Source of the DNA: Zootoca vivipara
Lineage: Eukaryota
Assembly: GCF_963506605.1 (NCBI RefSeq)
Contig: NC_083288.1
Span: 29,140,001 to 29,204,000 of the forward strand
Direction of reading: 5' to 3'
Length of the DNA stretch: 64,000 bases
Below, piece by piece: positions 25,484 through 36,883 of this stretch; position 1 is the first letter of the stretch; the number at the start of each line of letters is the position of its first letter. Position numbers and translations under genes: made by a program. A model generated the notes under the pieces. It worked only from the letters and a program-made list of their open reading frames with translations. It ran no database searches and was not told the origin of the DNA.

Positions 25484-25647
25484 CCTGGTTTTTTTCCATC
25501 TATAAGACACCCCCATGTAGAAGATATTTTTGGGGACTCAGATTTAAGAAAATGGGGGAGACACTATCCATGTATAAGATGTCTCCTAATTTTGGACATT
25601 ATTTTTAGGGGGAAAAAACCTATTCTTATACATGGAAGAATACGGTA
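25484..25647. mobile_element. pogo/Tigger-like MITE
   Basis: Imperfect TIR ttttttccatctataaga / tcttatacatggaagaatacgg; TA flanks. Confidence 0.55.
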
Positions 25648-25739
25648 TGTTAAAAATTATCTGAAGGACATTGTTGAGGAATGCTTCTGAAAAGTACTTC
25701 TGAAATGCCTACAGCATTTAATATATTTACTCCCTGTGG

Positions 25740-25916
25740 AACGTGCCACCCCCCTTCAGATGTCAGGGAGATAAAGAACTTTTAGAAGACATCTGAAGGC
25801 AGTCGTGTATTGGGAAGTTTTTAATGTTTGATGTTTTACTATGTTTCATATATGCTGTAGGTTGCCCAGAGTGGCTGGAGAAACGCAGCCACATGGGTGG
25901 GGTATAAATAATAACA

Positions 25917-25954
<38 letters not shown>
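25740..25954 (+). mobile_element. L2 LINE 3' end with (TTA)n tail
   Basis: Homologous to the reverse complement of 49.0-49.25k. Confidence 0.75.
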
Positions 25955-25955
<1 letters not shown>

Positions 25956-27206
25956 TTAAAAAGTCTTCTCTTCAGCCCTGCATCAGATACACACAAGAAA
26001 TATGATTAAGCACACACAAAGTAATACCACATCTATTGCCTCATACATGTACATACCGGTAGTTATGGAAAGGAAACTGATGCTTTAACCTCATAAAACT
26101 ATTATTAATCATTTACTTGCTGGTTACATGAAATCCATTCCAGGTGCTATCGGTTTCAGGTGAGGCAAATCTTTCCCAAAGTGGTACAGAATAATTGGCA
26201 GTGGTTGTATAAATTGCAATGATTGTACATCATCCAGGGATCTCTTTGTCTTAAAAGTTAGAGGTCTGAGTCAGTGGGTGTGAGAGAAAGAGAACCGAAG
26301 CCCAAAATAGGATGGTTATGGATGCCTTCATAGGCATCAAAATGCTCTTCATAGGAGTACAGTTGATTAAAATATACATCCATATTGGAACTTGCAAAAA
26401 CTCATGCTTTCCCTGAAGCATTTGAGACAACACAAACCCCTTCAGTTCTGAACTTGTTAACTTTTTCATTCCCTAAAGACAGTGGCACAGAGACATAGTT
26501 AACTCGAGCTATTTCCTGGGTTTATTCTCAGAGTTTGCCAAAGAGAATCTGTCCCCAAGAGCCAGAAACTGGGAAAGAGAACAGCAGTAGGCTGGTTAAG
26601 GAAGGCCTGCATTGTGGGGGCAAGGGGTTGGTTGGTTGAGGGGGTTACGGCTGCAGTCCTGGGCAGTACTGTGAACCTCCCCCGTTTTTGCAGGAAATTC
26701 CCTTATTCCAGCCTTTATTTGCAAATCCGAAGGGTTGACAGCTATGACCTGGGCACAATTACTATCTAGAAGATTCTATTAAAACCAGTGTGTCTCACTT
26801 CCGAGTAAACTTGCATTGGATTGTGGTTTTAAGTGTTCAGCACTTGATTATTACTTTAATTGACTCCTCTTAAAAAAAATCAAATATAAAAAAATCAAAG
26901 GCTGGAATCCTGATTTCAATTAACATAAATTAATGGATTACTACCTGCAGTGTCCTGTAACACCCCCTTGTCCAAAAGAGTCCACACAAAAGGTTCAAGA
27001 GAGGTGCTACTTTGCAATATGAGATGGGGGTGGGGGTGGCCTTGATGCTGCCTTGTCCTGACTGCTCTACTTCCAGGTAAGCAGCAGTGACACAGTTGTC
27101 TCGAGGTCATGTAAGTGTCACCATTTTCTAGGGCATCTACTGCTGTGAGTGAACACTACCTGATATTTGTTGGTTTTGTTGTATCAGCGTTTTACCCAAC
27201 AATTTT

Positions 27207-27613
27207 TTAAAAACATTTTTATTGAAAGTTCAAAAAGTACATAATTATATGTGCACTAAACATAGTGAGACATAAATAAAAGAGAGAGAAAGGAAACAGA
27301 ACCCATGTAGAAGGGAAAATAAAGGGGGAGGGGAAAACCCAAAACCGTATACTTTACAAGGTTGTTGTTGCATATTCACCAGATCTTAACCTATTAAAGT
27401 ATTTGTAAGATTGGATTCCAAATATCATTGAATTCGTCCATGGCAAGTCTGTGTTTGTTTGCAAGTTGTTCATGTGTTGCAAGTTTATATAAGTCTTCAA
27501 TCCAATCGTATAAGAGAGCCGCATTTTTATTTTTTCCAATTCATCAGGATCAATCTTTTTGCTGTGGTAATGAAGGAAGGAGCAAACAAAATTTATTATG
27601 AACCTCGACTTTG
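27207..27613 (-). mobile_element. L1 LINE 3' end (non-inverted arm)
   Basis: Minus strand encodes FITTAKRLILMNWKK (L1 ORF2 C-terminal motif); AATAAA and A-rich tail at the left end. Confidence 0.7.
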
Positions 27614-29412
27614 TGTAGAAAACTAACAAGCCTGTGTGCAAAATGAGCCCCAAGCCTGAAGCCTGTAAAAAGGAAAGTGGGATCCTCCTTATTGAGGGTC
27701 CTGGTTGTGCAAGGGTCCCTAGAACGCCCCCACAGGGTTAAATCTATTAAGGGTGTAGCCCAAGCCTTAGCTTTGGCCTCGGAATCATGCCAGGCTGTTT
27801 GGACCAATTGCTGTTGGGCCAAAACCCATGAGGTGGGTTGATAAATACGGCAGCGTGATGCAATTTGGGGCACTAGCTTTGTGTTGCCGAACACCCTCCC
27901 TCCCTATCATTAGGCAGTGCTGCTCTGGCCTTGCTTTGGATTGGGTCACCTGTTTTGGAACAGGGGCTGGGTAGGATTTTTATCCCATTTGGCAGATTGG
28001 CTATAGCCACTTGGTTTTCGCCTACCCCCTCAGCAATCGTTACAACTTGTAATGTTTGGCAGATAGGCATCGGCTTATTGAAATGTGGGGGAGGGGAGGT
28101 GTGGCCATCACCTGCCCCTCCAGGAACAGGGTATTCCGCTAAAGGAATCTTGGAGTCCTGGATCTCATCCGAAGCCCTCTTGAGGGGCTAGGGCCATGCC
28201 AGTACCACAGGAACCCTTTGGTTGGTCCTCACCGATGTTGCTCCCTCGTTTGGTGTTTATCCTTTCAGACTACCAGCCAGAGAGGTGTGGAGTCAGTTAT
28301 AGTCTGTTGCCAATGCCTAACCCAATACCACTCACTTTGCTGTATTCAATAAAGTTGTGGACTAAATTTTTCCCAATAACTTAAACCAAAATAAGTGTCG
28401 GTGTGAAGTTATTTCAAGGGGGGTGGTCTTGGGGGCCTTGAAGTACAAAACTTTCTTTCTGCAAAGTTTGCAGTTCACTGGGGGGGGGGGTTGACAGTTT
28501 ACTTTGACCAGACTCTGACTGGCTGAAAAGTCAGCAGTTGGCAAGGTTTAGCTGTAAAGAAGCCACAAGCGACATTATCTTTAAAATTTGGAATCTGCTA
28601 AAGCTTGCTAATGTGGAAAATTGTATGATCTTCTACGGTACCTTGAATGCAAAAATAGCTTATCTAGATTTTGGAATGCTTCATTAGAACAATTGGTGAC
28701 ATATATCCAGCTGTGTTTCTAGCTTGTTAGTAGCAGCACAACAGAATGCATTGCTTTGAAGTTTGTAAGTTTGCTATAGGAAGAGAGCCTAAGCAGGATA
28801 TACAATGTACCTCAAGAAGTACCCCAAAACTGAGTAGAATGCCTGTCTGAGTACAAATGCCAACAAATGCCTGCCTGAGTAGAAAGCAATCAAGGCAGCT
28901 ATGAACCCCAATACTATGAATAGAAAGTCCTGCAAGCTTGAAACTTATAATGACTGAACTATGAGTGAACTACTTCTTAGGAAGGTAGCCATACCAGACC
29001 AGCTGGGCACTGTAAGAAGTTGGCAGACTTAGGAGATGAGGAAATATGCTATCTAAGGAAAGTTGAAAGACTTGTTTGAAGATCATAAGCCTGTAGGGAG
29101 AAAGCGGTACTGCTTGCTTGCCAGACTATATCCTGTATGTTCTATCTGTATTATGTCAAATGTCTCATACATTATGTCAGTTTTTTGGCTAACAGAATGT
29201 CCTGCTTCATAAATCATGTCAGAGTTCTGGACTGCAATACAATATGTTCATACATCATGTAAACTTGCTTTCTGAAAACCTATTTAAGTCTGCTCTAAAC
29301 TAAGGGCGATATTCCAGTCTGTTTGGGACTGGGATCTAGCTGAAGCTATATCAATAAAGACGTTTCCTCGAACCCAAGGGTCTGTTGGTTGACTGGGAAA
29401 ACACCTGCTACA
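27614..29412 (+). mobile_element. Probable solo LTR, interrupted by the 27677-28446 repeat
   Basis: Termini tgtag...ctaca; TATTTAA near 29281; AATAAA near 29353; no matching TSD seen. Confidence 0.45.
27677..28446 (+). mobile_element. TTT/AAA-bounded LTR-like solo repeat, copy 2
   Basis: Flanked by aaa on both sides; GATAAATA near 27840; conserved core at 27970-28060; AATAAAGTTGTG near 28348. Confidence 0.7.
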
Positions 29413-29440
29413 GTAAGAGCACAGAGCATCCATTCGTATT

Positions 29441-30250
29441 GTCCTTTTGTAAGGTTCCATGTGCTGGGTATTGCGAGTTCACCATCATGGTGAGCACAAT
29501 TTGCGGTGGGGGCTTAACAAACCACTCCTAAGTTCCAAAGGTGGGGGCATGAGTGGTCACTGTTGGATAGGTCCCTGGCTGTTGTTGGGCAAATTTGTAT
29601 GTTGCAAGTTGATGGGTCAGCCCCTTGGGTATAAAAGCCAAAGAGAAAGGTTTCTCTTTCTTTTTGGCTGCATTTTCGGATCCCCACCCTCCCTCCGCTG
29701 TTTTTTAGGCCTCTGTGTTGACATTGCTGTGCCTCTCATGGGGTCGCCTGTATTCGGGGGCCTGGTAGGATTTTTTCCATTTGGCTGATTGGCTGGTGCC
29801 ATCTGGTTTTTGCCTACTGCATAGCAAATAGTCACAACTTGTAAGGTTGGCGGTTGGGCATTGGTTATTGGTTGTATATGGGGTCTGTTGACTGTGTTGG
29901 CCCCTTGAGTTAATGCCTGAGTTAGGGCAGATTCCGGTCAGGAATACAGGGGCTCTATGCAGTGTTCATAACCCCGTCGGGGACCAGCAACACGCATGAG
30001 CCCCTGGGAGCCTGAGGGGAGAGGGGACCCAACTCCCTGTCTCTCCCTGTAGGGTTTCCCCTTGTTGACAAGCGAGTTTATTTCTGTCCTTAGGTGACAG
30101 TTGGAGAACCAATGCCTACGCAACCACTCACTTATTTTATATTTGTGTTTCAATAAAAGTTGTGGGCAAATTCATGCCAAAAACCATTAAACAAAAATTC
30201 TGTCTATGGTGTGAGTTATTTGAGGGGTGGTTTTGGGGACCTCCACACAC
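29441..30250 (+). mobile_element. TTT/AAA-bounded LTR-like solo repeat, copy 3 (left end approximate)
   Basis: TATAAAA at 29630; conserved core; AATAAAAGTTGTG near 30152; ends ccacacac followed by aaa. Confidence 0.7.
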
Positions 30251-30253
30251 AAA

Positions 30254-31170
30254 TAATTCAAGAGGATATTTTGATCTGTAAATGTAAGGTTGTTCCGTAC
30301 AGTTCTGTTGATAGTTTCAGTTACCTTCTGCCAAAAATATTTCAATATAAGACAATGGAAAAAACACACACATATGTTTAAATAAAAGGAGGAGGATTTG
30401 GGATCTCAGACTTAGAATTGTATCATGAAGCATTTTGACTGTCAGGTACACAATTCTGGAAACCCATAACTGACAACAACTGTCCAAATTGGGCTGCTTT
30501 GGAATATTCCTATGTAGCATACTCAAGACATTATTGAAACAATAACATCAGTTCGAATCATAAGGCACCATATGTCCAAAAAATATAAAATTGACATTTT
30601 TCCCCACGACAAAAGGGCTTTGTGGGGAAACCCATCTTTAAATTCGGAAAAGAAATGGCCATATGGAAGAGGTGGGTGAATTTGGGTATATTAACATTAG
30701 ACCAGTTGATTAATGAAGAGAATGAATTTTATACATATTCCATTTTAAGAGACAAATACAGAATTACCTAAAAATGCTGAATGGCAGTATCCCCAGATAA
30801 AACACTTGCTAACCAGCATCTACAGACCAGCGGCTTTTACAGCATCAGAGACCCCAGAGATATTGAAGCAGTTGATTAATTCTTACGCAACAACAACAAC
30901 AAAAATGACCAACAACATATATAAATCTTTGTTATAAGAAAACCAATTTGATATACTGTTACTGAGGGAGTATAGAATAAAGAATTTGAGATCTCAGTTT
31001 TGGCCACACAGTGGAAAACTGTTTTAACTCCTCTAACAAGGGTGTCTCTGTACCTTAAATTGGGGCTCATACAACAAAAAATAATATTTAGAATATACTG
31101 GACCCCATTACGTTTGTTAAAAAAAGGACTATCTAAGGTATCTAACTGTGGAGATGCAATTGGGATAATG
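30254..31170 (+). mobile_element. L1 LINE ORF2 fragment (inverted arm)
   Basis: Degenerate L1 motifs GGFGISDLELYHEA, GILTLDQL, LIQQKIIFRIYWTP and C(W)RC (1-nt deletion). Confidence 0.75.
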
Positions 31171-32029
31171 CTTCTCCCCAACAAGTTTTAAATACATGCT
31201 TTTCCTTATCCTGGAGAAGGATTTGTTTAAATGTCAAGTGCTGATCAAATTATTTTTTAAAAAGTATATCATTCTGGGTATCATTGATACAGCTGATACA
31301 AGATGTATCCCCAGAGGACAGCATGGTAGCCTCTCTAAACATCTCTCTTTATGTGTGAATTAGACAAAAGTGTGAGAAGCAAAGATGGACATGGGCTACA
31401 TTTATTGTAAGTAAGTAAGTAAGTAAACATTTGTATTATATAAAATATATAAATAAATATACATTTTAAATACCTGTAGCAAATCCCATTAAGCAAATGA
31501 TGCTCTTTGTGTTTTGTGATGTCACTTTCTTCACAACAAAATTGCTTGTGGGTCATTTCATGGTTTGGGTTCAAGGTCAGGTGCAAAGAGAAAAGTGAGA
31601 GAGTGAAAGGTTCCATTTGTCCCCCAAAGTTGGGCTTTTTCAAATAAGAAAGGTGATGGGGAAAGGCCCTGAAAAGTGTAGTGTAGCTTTTGCCTGATGC
31701 AACACACCATCTATCTGCCTTGTAAACTAATCAGAATGAACTATCAGTAGATAACAGACGTAATCCAATTTCCCACAAACAAATCAGGATGAATGCTCAA
31801 AAATAGGTTTTCTGAAAGTGAGGTTTGGGCTTAAATCAACACTGTGTGAGAAGCCCATTGCAGCTGTTTTTCCCTTGGCTATACTGCTGTCTTCTGCTGT
31901 GTACATAAAGTATGTGGAAGAGCAAACTTCCATGGATATGTGAGAGGTAGATACTGCCAAACTGTGCTTTCCACACAGGTGCTTTCCAGATGTCTAATTC
32001 TTTATTCCATTCCTGCTTCAGTACCTATA

Positions 32030-32325
32030 TATCAAATTATTTGGAAATAACAAAGATTTATATATGTTGATGGCCGTTTTTTTTTTTTTTTGGTGTGTAA
32101 TAATAATCAATTGCTTCAATATCTCTGGGGGTTTCTGAGGCTGTAAAAACTGCTGGTCCATAGACGGAGATGTTGCCATTGAGCATTTGTCGGTATTTGT
32201 CTCTTAAGATGGAATATGTATAAAATTCATGCTCTTCATTTATCAGCTGGTCTAATGTTCATATACCCAAATTCATCCACTTTTCCATACAACCATTTCC
32301 TTCCCAATTTTTAAAGATGGGAAAC
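32030..32325 (-). mobile_element. L1 ORF2 fragment
   Basis: Reverse complement of about 30630-30940. Confidence 0.7.
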
Positions 32326-32343
32326 CGTTTCCAAAGGTGAGAC

Positions 32344-33273
32344 TCAGCTTACTTTCCCCATCACTTTGAACAAGGCTCCTTTAACATCCTTGTTCCTCAG
32401 GCTGTAAATGACAGGGTTCAGCATCGGGGAGAAAAAAGCATAGAAAACAGAAGCTTTCTTCTCCTGGTCTGCAGCTTGTTCAGACCGGGGCTGCAAGTAA
32501 GTGAAGCTGATGGTGGTGTAGAACAATGTGACAACAGTAAGGTGGGTAGCACAAGTGGAGAAAGCTCGTTGCCGTCCCTCTGCTGAGCGTATGCTGAACA
32601 CCACCCTGGCAATGTGCATGTAGGAGATCACTATGAAAATGAAAGGCAACATGAGCACAATGACACTCAGGGCAAAGATGAGGATTCTTACTGTATAGGT
32701 GTCCATGCATGCCAGCTGCAACACGGCAGGCTCCTCGCAAAAGAAATGGTTGATTCGGTTGGGCCCACAGAAGGGGAAATTTATAGTGACAACTGTCAGT
32801 GCTGCAGCATTGAAGAATCCTCCTAGCCAACATGCTCCTGCCATCTGGATACACACTTGCATCCGCATGATGGTTGGGTACCGCAGTGGTTGACATATGG
32901 CCACATAGCGGTCATATGCCATGAGAGCCAGGATGAAGCACTCAGTCATCCCACAGAACAGCATCAGGATGAGCTGAGCCATGCATCTGTTGAAAGAGAT
33001 ATTATTGGTTCTGGAGGCCATATGGAACAGCATCTGAGGGAAAGTGACCTGTGTGCCAAATATGTCCAGGAAAGAAAGGTTAGCAATGAAAAAGTACATG
33101 CCTGTATGAAGGCGGGAGTCAACCCAGACCAAGAAGATGATGAGGCTGTTGCCAAATAAAGTGATGAGATATATGGCTAAGCACAGTGTCAACAAGATAT
33201 GTTGCAATGTTGGATGACTGGTGAAGCCAAGAAGAATGAATTCATTCACGGAGGTCTCATTCTGAATCCACAT
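32344..33273 (-). CDS. Olfactory receptor, intact, 309 aa (paralog of 22906-23835)
   Basis: Complete set of OR motifs; near-identical to the 22.9k copy. Confidence 0.97.
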   Translation of the reverse strand: MWIQNETSVNEFILLGFTSHPTLQHILLTLCLAIYLITLFGNSLIIFLVWVDSRLHTGMYFFIANLSFLDIFGTQVTFPQMLFHMASRTNNISFNRCMAQLILMLFCGMTECFILALMAYDRYVAICQPLRYPTIMRMQVCIQMAGACWLGGFFNAAALTVVTINFPFCGPNRINHFFCEEPAVLQLACMDTYTVRILIFALSVIVLMLPFIFIVISYMHIARVVFSIRSAEGRQRAFSTCATHLTVVTLFYTTISFTYLQPRSEQAADQEKKASVFYAFFSPMLNPVIYSLRNKDVKGALFKVMGKVS

Positions 33274-34401
33274 ATCACCCCAAAGACTCCACCTGCAACG
33301 ATAAGTGCATCTATAACTGGTGTACTGATTGAAATGTCATATCACTAAGCAATCACTCAAACATGTTGATGCCACCTAGCTTCAATATGATGTGGTATGG
33401 TTCACTGCCCATATAATTTTGTTCTTTTTTTTGCTCTCTTTGGAGTCAGCTTCTGTTTTCTACCCTTCTCTGTTATTTCTCGTTGTCAAAACTGCTTTTT
33501 AAAACAAAACACACACCCAGTATTTGTTCATCTCACCATCAGTCAAACTTCTTATGTTGTTTAAAACTGTGCCACTTTCTTCCCTGGATCCCTCCACACC
33601 CACTTTATTCAAACTTTTGCCATTGTTTAAAACAGCCACTCCCCCACCCTTTAGTATTCCCACACTCTTGCTTTACTCAAACATCTACCTTTTTCATACC
33701 TCAGCTGCAATAATTCAGAGAGAGAAAAGATGAGATGTCCGCAGATATTCTGTATTCACACATTGTATTACACTTCTGGTAATGAGCCTCGTATAACTGA
33801 GATTCTTAAATCTATTTTTATTCTGTTTTTATCTGTTTTATGGTTCTCTTTTGTAAATCTAGATTAATAAAAATTTGTTTTTTAAAAAGTCCTATTCATG
33901 CATAAAGACGTTAAACCATGGAGTAAGCTTTCATGTCAGGCTTAGCTCACCTTGGGAGAGACTCGGTAATCAAGCCGATATCTGAGCTGTTTACTGCAAC
34001 ACAAACCTAATGGCTCTTACAGACCACTATTGAGTTCCAAAACCAATAATACAGGAACTTTCACCACTGTAACCCAGCCAAGTTATACTGCCTGTACAAT
34101 TCTTTCTGAACGCTGTACATGAATATCTCCTATGGATAGTTTGTAAATAAATCATTTTTAACTTACCAAACATGTGGTCTTTTTATGGTGGGGTAGAGGA
34201 GAACCTTGGCAGGAGCTTAGAATGATATATTTTAAAGATCTTATGGCCTATATGTCTATGCTTTACTTTGCTGCATGTTTTGTGATTTTTAATCCAGCTG
34301 GGATTCTCTCACCAAAGAGTACTTGCCCTGGGAATGCTTTTTTGTGCCTATTTTTTTTCGTTGCCAACAATAGTTATAACATCATAAACCTGTTATTAAT
34401 A

Positions 34402-34503
34402 GTTACAGGTAGGTAGCCGTGTTGGTCTGAGTCGAAGCAAAATAAAAAAAATTCCTTCAGTAGCACCTTAAAGACCAACTAAGTTTATATTTTGGTATGA
34501 GCT
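34402..34503 (-). mobile_element. Penelope-like element end fragment
   Basis: Same sequence as the 20524 unit; 9-bp TSD ttattaata (34393-34401 and 34504-34512); empty paralogous site near 26100. Confidence 0.8.
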
Positions 34504-35135
34504 TTATTAATAATTCACCTGCTTTTTACATGTAACACATTCCAGCTGCTATCTGTTTCAGATGTTGTTTAAAATGTGGAGTAGAATTGGAAGCAACAAC
34601 TGTGTATTCCCCAGGAATCTCTGGCTTTTAAAAAGTTTGGTGAGTTTGTGTGTGTGAAAACTGGAGCAGAAAATAGGAAGTTTGTGGGTGACTGGACAAT
34701 CTAGCATTTTCACAGGCATCAAAATAATATTCACAGGGGTACATTTGATTGAAATATAAATCCATATCTGACCTAGCACAAACTCCTCATTTCCCTGAAG
34801 TATTTGAAACAACACAACTCCCTTCAGTTCCAACCTTGTTAACTTTTACATTCCCTAAGGACAGTGAGCACAGAGATTCAATTAACTTGAGTTTATTTCA
34901 AGGGTTTATTTTCAGGGTATGCAAAAAAGAATCTGCCCCCAAGAACCAGAAAGTGGGAAAGAGAGCAGCACTAGGCTGGGCGAAGAAGCCCCATGCTGTG
35001 AAGGACTGTGTGATTTGGCTATCTTGACAATGATTTCTAGGTCAAGAGTTAGCTCTTCTTCTAAGACTCTTCCATGCAACCAATTTATTAAATAGTATTG
35101 TGATTTTCACAAAGCTTCTTGAAGATTATATGACT

Positions 35136-35225
35136 CATAGCTGCCAAGTTATCCCTTTTTTACAGGGATTTTCCCTTATGCTGAATAGGCTTCCTCGCGA
35201 GAAAAGGGAAAACTTGGCAGCTATG
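35136..35225. mobile_element. 90-bp hAT MITE
   Basis: Near-identical to 21690-21779; 8-bp TSD atatgact. Confidence 0.9.
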
Positions 35226-35369
35226 ATATGACTTCTGCTGTCTATTGAACATCCGTTCTGATTTGTTTGCACAGGGGTTACACAGCTTCACATCAAGCAA
35301 TTGTTCTCCTACACTCCTCAGGGCATTTTCCTATCACTTTCCTTAACAACAACAACAACAAAATTCCTA

Positions 35370-35797
35370 CAGTCATACCTCGGTTTAAGTACACCTCAGT
35401 TTGAGTATTTTCAGTTTAAGTACTCCGCGGACCTGTCTGGAACAGATTAATCCACTTTCCATTACTTTCAATGGGAAAGTTCGCTCCAGGTTAAGTACGC
35501 TTCAGGTTAAGTATGGACTTCCGGAACCGATTACACTCATACCCTGGGGTTAAGCACGCTTCAGGTTGAGTACTCCGCCGACCCATCTGGAACAGATTAA
35601 TCCACTTTCCATTACTTTCAATGGGAAAGTTCATTTCAGGTTAAGTACGCTTCAGTTTAAGTACTCCACAGACCGTCTGGAATGGATTATTCCACTTTCC
35701 ATTACTTTCAATGGGAAAGTTCGCTTCAGGTTAAGTACGCTTCAGGTTAAGTATAAACTTCCGGAACCAATTGTGTTTGTAAACCGAAGTACCACTG
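35370..35797. mobile_element. Tc1/mariner MITE with internal tandem repeats
   Basis: cagtcatacctcggttta ... accactg; TA TSD; three internal repeats of ccactttccattactttcaatgggaaagt. Confidence 0.85.
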
Positions 35798-36076
35798 TAT
35801 AAGACATGCTATGGCCTATAGATTCAACAGCAGAGTGGCTCATAGAATAAGGAGGGAAGTATAGACTCCTTTGCTTTCCAATTTCATACTGTAACTATTG
35901 AATCTGTTGCTGTGACTCAGGAACTGTAGCAGACAGCACTGATAGTATACGTTACGAACCCACTGAGGGGATGTAACATATGTGTTCCATTTTGTTTTAA
36001 ATATAGTGCAATACACATTGATAACCTTGAATACTGGGCATGCATTAGTCAGTCAGAGATTTCCCTCTAAATTAAA

Positions 36077-36883
36077 TTGGGTGCTCCCTCACAAGAGGGC
36101 ACGTGTTGTGGTGGGATCTGGCAACCAAACCCTGTGTTGTGGGTGGGAACATTGGAGCTGTCACAACACCCTATTGGTGGTCCCTCGATCTTGGGAGCAA
36201 TTGGACTTGAGGGATGCCAGTCAAAGCGATCAAGGGACCACTATTTAACTGCTGCATGTGTCCCTGAGCTTCCTCTTTCGGGCTCAGTGCCTCGGGACAC
36301 CTACCCAGCTCTCCCTATATTTAGGACTTGCGCTTGATCTTGCTATGCCGTCGTGTGTCACCTGTTGTTGGGACAGGGGCACGGCAGAAATTTTCCCCAT
36401 TTGGCTGGATGGCTGGTGCCACTTGGGTTTCGCCTGCTGCGTAGCAAATCATCACAACTTGCAAGGTTGCGGACAGGCTCTGGTTCAGGTGGATAGGGGT
36501 GGCAGGATGCCTAGCCATTCCTATGTGTCGGTATTCCTTTAAGAAGGAATCCATGGACTCATGGTTGGTCTTCCCTGTGCAGGGTTGTGCCCTGAGCCTG
36601 AGTTCAGGGCTCATCTGGGTGGAGGTGTGGCAGACACCCCTGCTTGCCATCTGTCTCAGGTGTTCACCCAAGTCTGACTTATGGTTGGTACCCAGAGTCA
36701 GCGCTGCCACTGAGAAAACTCTGTTCTGCCACACAACAGATAGCTAGTTGAACCAGAGCCTATGCAACCACTCACTTGATTGTAATCAATAAAGTTGTGA
36801 CCTAAATTCTGCCAAAAACCAAACCAAAAATTTGAGTCCTGTCTGAATTTATTTCTGGGGGTGGTTAAAAGGTCTCCACACAC
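36077..36883 (+). mobile_element. TTT/AAA-bounded LTR-like solo repeat, copy 4
   Basis: Flanked by aaa on both sides; TATTTAA near 36242; conserved core; AATAAAGTTGTG near 36788. Confidence 0.7.

Noticed and set aside
35370-35797. Regularly spaced ~30-bp repeats resembling a CRISPR array (also 56869-57195 and 2785-3011)
   Set aside because: Internal repeats of TA-flanked MITEs; the spacers are not unique, the DNA is eukaryotic and there are no cas genes
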